The translations under genes were made by a program, and so were the position numbers. Shown here one piece after another: positions 45,766 through 45,891 of a stretch of 45,891 nt of DNA. The stretch is from Betaproteobacteria bacterium (GTDB taxonomy: Bacteria > Pseudomonadota > Gammaproteobacteria > Burkholderiales > SG8-39): NCBI GenBank assembly GCA_029863065.1, contig JAOTWE010000002.1, positions 1-45,891 on the forward strand. The letters run 5' to 3'. Each line of letters starts with the position of its first letter. Position 1 is the stretch's first letter. The notes beneath the pieces were generated by a model that had not been told where the DNA came from, did not search any database, and saw only the letters and a list, made by a program, of their open reading frames with translations.

Positions 45766-45891
45766 GCAAGCTTTCTCCCGGTCAGGCGTTCGAGCGCCTC
45801 GCGGTACTTCTGCGAGGTCCGGGCGATCACCTCCGCCGGGAGCTTGGGCGCCGGCGGCGTCTTGTCCCAGTCGAGCGTCTCGAGGTAGTCG
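45762..45891 (-). CDS. purC: SAICAR synthetase, C-terminal fragment; 5' end outside the window.
   Basis: Manual translation gives ...[42 protein letters not shown], with an ATGA overlap with the purE start. This resembles the long-form PurC C-terminus. Confidence 0.75.
   Translation of the reverse strand, partial: DYLETLDWDKTPPAPKLPAEVIARTSQKYREALERLTGRKLA

Overview
High-G+C (by eye about 65-70%) proteobacterial chromosome segment, probably betaproteobacterial judging from gene order. It is almost fully coding, and I saw no transposase, phage gene, CRISPR array or recognisable defence system. Five blocks. (1) 1-11661, minus strand: a six-gene sensory array of Cache/HAMP/PAS/GAF histidine kinase, CheY-like regulator, REC-PAS-HisKA_3 hybrid kinase, NarL-type regulator, REC-like-PAS-GGDEF-EAL protein, and a giant REC-PAS/GAF protein that runs off the left edge and is missing from the ORF track. 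(2) 11848-18331: a block bounded by tRNA-Ala(CGC) and a CAU-anticodon tRNA, holding SapC, a tail-anchored hypothetical, a response regulator with an unknown N-terminal domain, hemolysin-III/PAQR, and a CHASE-PAS-GAF-GGDEF-EAL protein. (3) 18369-28835: conserved housekeeping genes (rpoD-dnaG-yqeY-rpsU, divergent tsaD, plsY, folB, ybaK, xerD, ogt, an Ldh_2 dehydrogenase, a dienelactone hydrolase). (4) 28891-39234, minus strand: the most unusual feature, a tightly coupled 12-gene operon. It combines SuyAB/UxaA-like split dehydratase subunits, an alpha/beta hydrolase, an SDH/FRD-like set in the order B-D-C with the flavoprotein displaced 5 kb to the operon end, a two-subunit Fe-S hydro-lyase interrupted by a secreted chalcone-isomerase-like protein, and a TAXI-TRAP transporter. 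I read it as a candidate uncharacterised substituted-dicarboxylate catabolic module and cannot name the substrate. (5) 39405-45891: PagP-like outer-membrane protein, PhoD, three small proteins in a lower-G+C patch, then a methyltransferase-rhodanese-lipoprotein-tsaC-purE-purC chain. Many long ORFs in the track are antisense or alternative-frame shadows typical of high-G+C DNA. All calls come from motif recognition by eye, with no database search run.
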